Shown piece by piece: positions 59,754 to 64,000 of a DNA stretch of 64,000 nt. The stretch is taken from positions 2,046,001-2,110,000 of the forward strand of contig CM120645.1 of the NCBI GenBank assembly GCA_051362555.1. Reading direction: 5' to 3'. Every line of letters starts with the position of its first letter. Within the stretch, counting starts at the first letter, position 1. A program made the position numbers and the translations under genes. The DNA is from Lingula anatina (Eukaryota; Animalia; Brachiopoda). The notes beneath the pieces were generated by a model. That model saw nothing but the letters and a program-made list of their open reading frames with translations, did no database searches and was not told the DNA's origin.

Positions 59754-61870
59754 TTCCTATCCTGCTTCCTCCAGTCTCTCTCTCTCCATTCCTTCTGTCC
59801 TATCCTGACTCCTCCAGTCTCTCTCTTTTCCATTCCTCCTCTCCTATCCTGTTTCCTCTAGTCTCTCTCTCTCTCTCTCTCTCTCCATTCCTCCTCTCCT
59901 ATCCTGTTCCCTCCAGTCTCTCTCTCTCTCCATTCCTCCTCTCCTATCCTGTTTCCTCTAGTCTCTCTCTCTCTCTCTCCATTCCTCCTCTCCTATCCTG
60001 TTTCCTCCAGTCTCTCTCTCTCTCCATTCCTCCTCTCTTATCCTGTTTCCTCCAGTCTATCTCTCTCCACTTCTTTTAATGAAAATGCATGAATATTATT
60101 AGTGACTACTATCACAAAGACTTCTACTCTTTTTCGACAACATAAAAATTGGTTAGCAGCCTGACATGTATTTAAATATCCGCCATCTTTAAGAGGATTC
60201 TTTTCGAGAAAAATGGACTCAGGCACTGTACATGCATATACATTTAAATGAACGACCTGTTTCGTGTATACCCCTATATCTACTTTGATATCTCAAATGC
60301 TAGGAGTGTTATTTTACAATGTAGTTCTAGTTCATGTATGCTTATTTTGAAGGAAAAGTCAGACAAAACTATTTAGGCTAAAAATTGTCACATAGAAGAA
60401 GTCTAAAAGGAGGCTGAAACAGATACAGGGATGGGAACAATAATGGGAAGGTAGTTTTTACACGTTCAAAGCTAAGGATGGTCTTAATGCATGATGATGA
60501 TTGCGAATTAAGGGTTAATTTGCTCTCTTTCTCACTCTCTCTCTCGGCCCAGAAAACGAGATTTATGAATGTACCAATTTTCAGAAAGATTAGTATTTAA
60601 AACTATAATGCTTATGTGTACTTTGTCAGTGAAACTGAGGGCTGTTCAATAATCAGTTAAACTGGTTTCCTTCCAAGGTGACCTTGAGGTTCCCATATCT
60701 GGTTGAAACTGGTTCTTTTATCTCTGTAACCTAACTGGCGTTGAATATTGCTTGCACAAGCAGTCTCTAGAGAAAAATATTGAATCATTCTCCTGTGCGT
60801 TTCTTATAATATTTCAAGTATTTTTTTAGCTATTTGACCGATCTCATCTACAACCGAACGTGGGTAGAATATCAACTACATGAATAACAGTCTGGTTACT
60901 GAGATTACATGCCCCTGTTTGTACAGCCTTGACTTACATGAAGGTCTTGTTTATTGACAACATCACCTGATTTTGCTGCTTGAAAATTTTTAAGTAATAT
61001 ATAACCTATTACACTAACTGTGACTGTGCACAACTGCAAGATAGCAGACGTACTTGTAGAGTGTGGCAGTCAGCGAGAGTACTAGTATGTGTGTGTGTGT
61101 GGGGGGGGGGGGGGGGTCGTTAAAAGCAGCTTCTGGTAGCTCCCCTCGTATGTGTATATGAGATTTCAACCAACCCAAAGAGAAATGAAAGAAATGTTCT
61201 GACAGCAGCATTTTAGCTAGCTGACATATAATTATTTTACCTCCTTCCCTCAATTTTCTGTTAGCAGCATTTTAGTTAGCTGCCACATGTCTCCCCCCTT
61301 TCTCCTCTGTGCCCAGTTCTGTCCCTAAAATCAGCCCCTGGTACATCTATATAGGGTTTCAAACAATGCAAAAATAAATGGTGAAAATGTTCTGTTAGCA
61401 GAATTTTAGCTAGCTGTCACATATCTCCACCTTTCTTTTTCTTTGAATATAGACATTTAAGGCTACACTCCTGAATCAGACAGTCTGCGGTCCAACAGCG
61501 TATCTATAATTTTATGTAATCAATTACACGTGAAACCACGTTTTTAAGATTGTCAAATAACTACATTACATCATGCACAATCTAATGGAATATTTTTAGT
61601 TACGAGCCATGAATTTAAAACACATTTATCAGACCTGCACGTTCAAAGACCTCAGTGAGGTCAGGAGACAAATCACCGTGATATCAACATCAGTACATGG
61701 GTTCACATGTTTGCCTGAAACGTTCATGAAATGCCGCAATACATTATAAGATTTCAGATTGCCATGGGTATAAATACAACAAGATGGCCGATGTTAGTTA
61801 CCACCCACACGTATTTTTACACAGAGTATGGTCAGATGCATCCACCAAACGATATTACTTCATTCATCGG
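59540..61870 (+). repeat. Segmental duplicate unit B, diverged direct copy of 55850-57300
   Basis: Collinear blocks, e.g. ATTACATGCCC.TGTT.GTACAGCCTTGA (56547/60904) and CTCAGTGAGGTCAG.AGACAAATCA.CGTGATATCAA (57085/61651). Confidence 0.75.
59717..60070. repeat. CT-rich minisatellite (~40-bp unit built on (CT)n)
   Basis: Repeated (CT)n-CCATTCCTCCTCTCCTATCCTGTTTCCTCCAGT. Confidence 0.92.
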
Positions 61871-63703
61871 GAGAGCAAAAATTGATCTGTTTTAATCAAT
61901 ATTTCATTATTTAACTATGACTAAGTTACAAAAAACTGCTGATGGAACACTTGAAACATTGAAAAACTAAAATTGAATTTTAATAAGTTAGTAACTTGCC
62001 GATTTTTCTATATACTTTTGTGTAGTCAAAGTATTTACATGTAGTCTTGTTAACGATAAATTCTGAACTAAAACTTTTAAGATAAATTGCTGGCATGTAT
62101 TGAAACTACTCAATGTATGCATGGTGCCATTAAATTGGCGTGGAAACGGTGTTCGTGGGTAATCAGTTACAGGACAGATTTGAGAGACCTATTTTAAAAT
62201 GTCTACCTCCAAACTGCAGTTATAACACATTTGGTAAAGTGACATGCGTGTAAATGCAAAGGAGTTTGTCAGTAAAAACACTGAAAATTTAGATATAATC
62301 CTATACATGTGCGTAAAGATAGTAATTTAGGTGTATTTGTCTAACCTGCCCGTTACCTTAATGAAGAACAAGTATAAAAGTGGCGCAGCCAACTACGTGA
62401 ATGTGACATCAAACACCATAACTTATAGGCATACCGGGGTATCCGCATTTAAAATTTGAAATTTAGAAAATTTGATTTTGCAGGAAAATACCAAATAGAA
62501 AACGCTTAGATATTAACAGAGGTTCATCTTAGAACCCAATTTGCTTTAGTTGAGTTTTGAGTCTTGTGGGATATTTCAAGGTCTCCAAGGTAAGAGCTCC
62601 GGGGGTTGTTCTTAGTCCTCGTTAATCTGAACATTTCTGCTTCGTGAAATCTTATAATGCGCGTTTGAAGAATTACAAGGATTCAATGTCCGGACGAAAA
62701 ATCCCAAGTGGGGAACTAGGGTGATTGACGTTAAAACTTTGAACGTACCCTAAATTGTACGACAACCCTCACAAAATAAAGAAAAAAGAGATTAACATAG
62801 ATTTGTAGTCCACCTCCCTCTGCAAATACAGGCTAGACTTTTGAGCCGTCCTGGTTGTTTACAACATAACCTAATTTTGCTGTCTCGATAGGGTGACAAT
62901 TTCGAAGAACTTATGATAACCTGTATTGAACTTTGTGTGTACACAACAGCATAGATAGCAGCAGGTAGCGTGGGAGCCATCGACTAAGGAGAGGTGGTGC
63001 GCTGTGCCTACTATTGCCGGTAAAATCAGTTAGGTTAATTGGTATAAAAATTTGGCATATCATTCAATTAGAAGATAAAAGATTTTTTTTTTCTGTTTGC
63101 ATCATTCAGCTAGCATTGGTCAAATGCTGTATATTCAAAGAAAAAAAAGGTGGAGATATGTGACAGCTAGCTAAAATTCTGCTAACAGAACATTTTCACC
63201 ATTTATTTTTGCATTGTTTGAAACCCTATATAGATGTACCAGGGGCTGATTTTAGGGACAGAACTGGGCACAGAGGAGAAAGGGGGGAGACATGTGGCAG
63301 CTAACTAAAATGCTGCTAACAGAAAATTAAGGAAAGGAGGTAAAATAATTATATGTCAGCTAGCTAAAATGCTGCTGTCAGAACATTTCTTTCATTTCTC
63401 TTTGGGTTGGTTGAAATTCCATATACACATACGAGGGGAGCTACCAGAAGCTGCTTTTAACGACCCCCCCCCCCCCACACACACACACATACTCTCTCTG
63501 GCTGCCACACTCTACAGGTACGTCTGCTATCTTGCAGTTGTGCACAGTCACAGTTAGTTTAATAAGTTATATATTACTTTAAACTTGTCAAGCAGCAAAA
63601 TGAGGTGATGTTGTCAATAAACAGGACCTTTATGTAAGTCAAGGCTGTACTAACAGGGGCATGTAATCTCAGTAATCAGACTGTTATTCATGTTGTTGAT
63701 ATT
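60868..63703. repeat. Long inverted duplication, arms ~60868-61451 and ~63126-63703
   Basis: Arms are near-identical reverse complements; ORFs 61014-61253(-) and 63369-63557(+) give the same peptide. Confidence 0.9.
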
Positions 63704-63980
63704 ACTTTTTCATAAATTGACCGGGGGGGGGGGGGGAGGGCACTTACCCCGGGGTCCAACTAGCCCCGGTCTCCCCTATACTTAATTATGTCTGTACGCT
63801 GACGGACTGCTGACTGCGGACTGTATAATTTAGCCGTAAAGGCTTACATGTCTATATTCAAAGAGAAGAAAGAGGAGGGGTATATCGGACATAATTAAGT
63901 ATAGGGGAGATCGGGACTACATTGTAGTTGGACCCCGGGGTAAGTGCCCCCCCCCCCCCGGTCAATTTATGAAAAAGTAA
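63702..63980. mobile_element. Foldback/MITE-like palindrome with ~90-bp arms
   Basis: TTACTTTTTCATAAATTGACCGn..GCACTTACCCCGGGGTCCAACTA..TCTCCCCTATACTTAATTATGTC is mirrored at ~63888-63980. Confidence 0.85.
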
Positions 63981-64000
63981 CTACAAGGTAAAAAATTGGC

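Noticed and set aside
59630-60079. Leu/Ser/Pro-rich and Glu/Arg-rich ORFs
   Set aside because: Translations of the CT-rich minisatellite.
61014-63557. Apparent paralogous small genes on opposite strands
   Set aside because: Same non-coding inverted-repeat arm; poly-Pro and His-Thr runs derive from (C)n and (CA)n.

Overview
Eukaryotic, intron-rich, AT-rich invertebrate animal DNA (lophotrochozoan-like by inference; the species cannot be fixed from sequence). Three multi-exon + strand genes can be rebuilt by hand with consistent GT-AG splice phases. (1) 378-14522 is the 3' part of a WNK kinase gene; the kinase domain lies upstream of the window. It carries a duplicated CCT2-type module, two RFxV motifs, a 2.8-kb exon with an internal in-frame donor and a Q/G/H-rich tail. 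(2) 18536-27268 is a SUSD2/Mesh-like NIDO-IPT-AMOP-VWD-Sushi protein with GDLH in place of GDPH and a GPI-like tail. (3) 30570-38610 is an NLR whose spliced product joins a DZIP3-type HEPN ribonuclease domain (RNVEYAH), a CARD, a NACHT and LRRs, with an 11 x 14-aa Cys/Asp tandem repeat inside the LRR region; this is the best candidate for an undescribed immune system here. The remainder (39-64 kb) is mostly mobile and duplicated DNA: a TIR element beside its own deletion derivative, a Kolobok-like element with convergent spliced units, Tc1 relics, MITEs, an inverted duplication and two copies of the NLR upstream region, suggesting an NLR cluster continuing past the window. All alignments and domain calls were made by eye; no searches were run.
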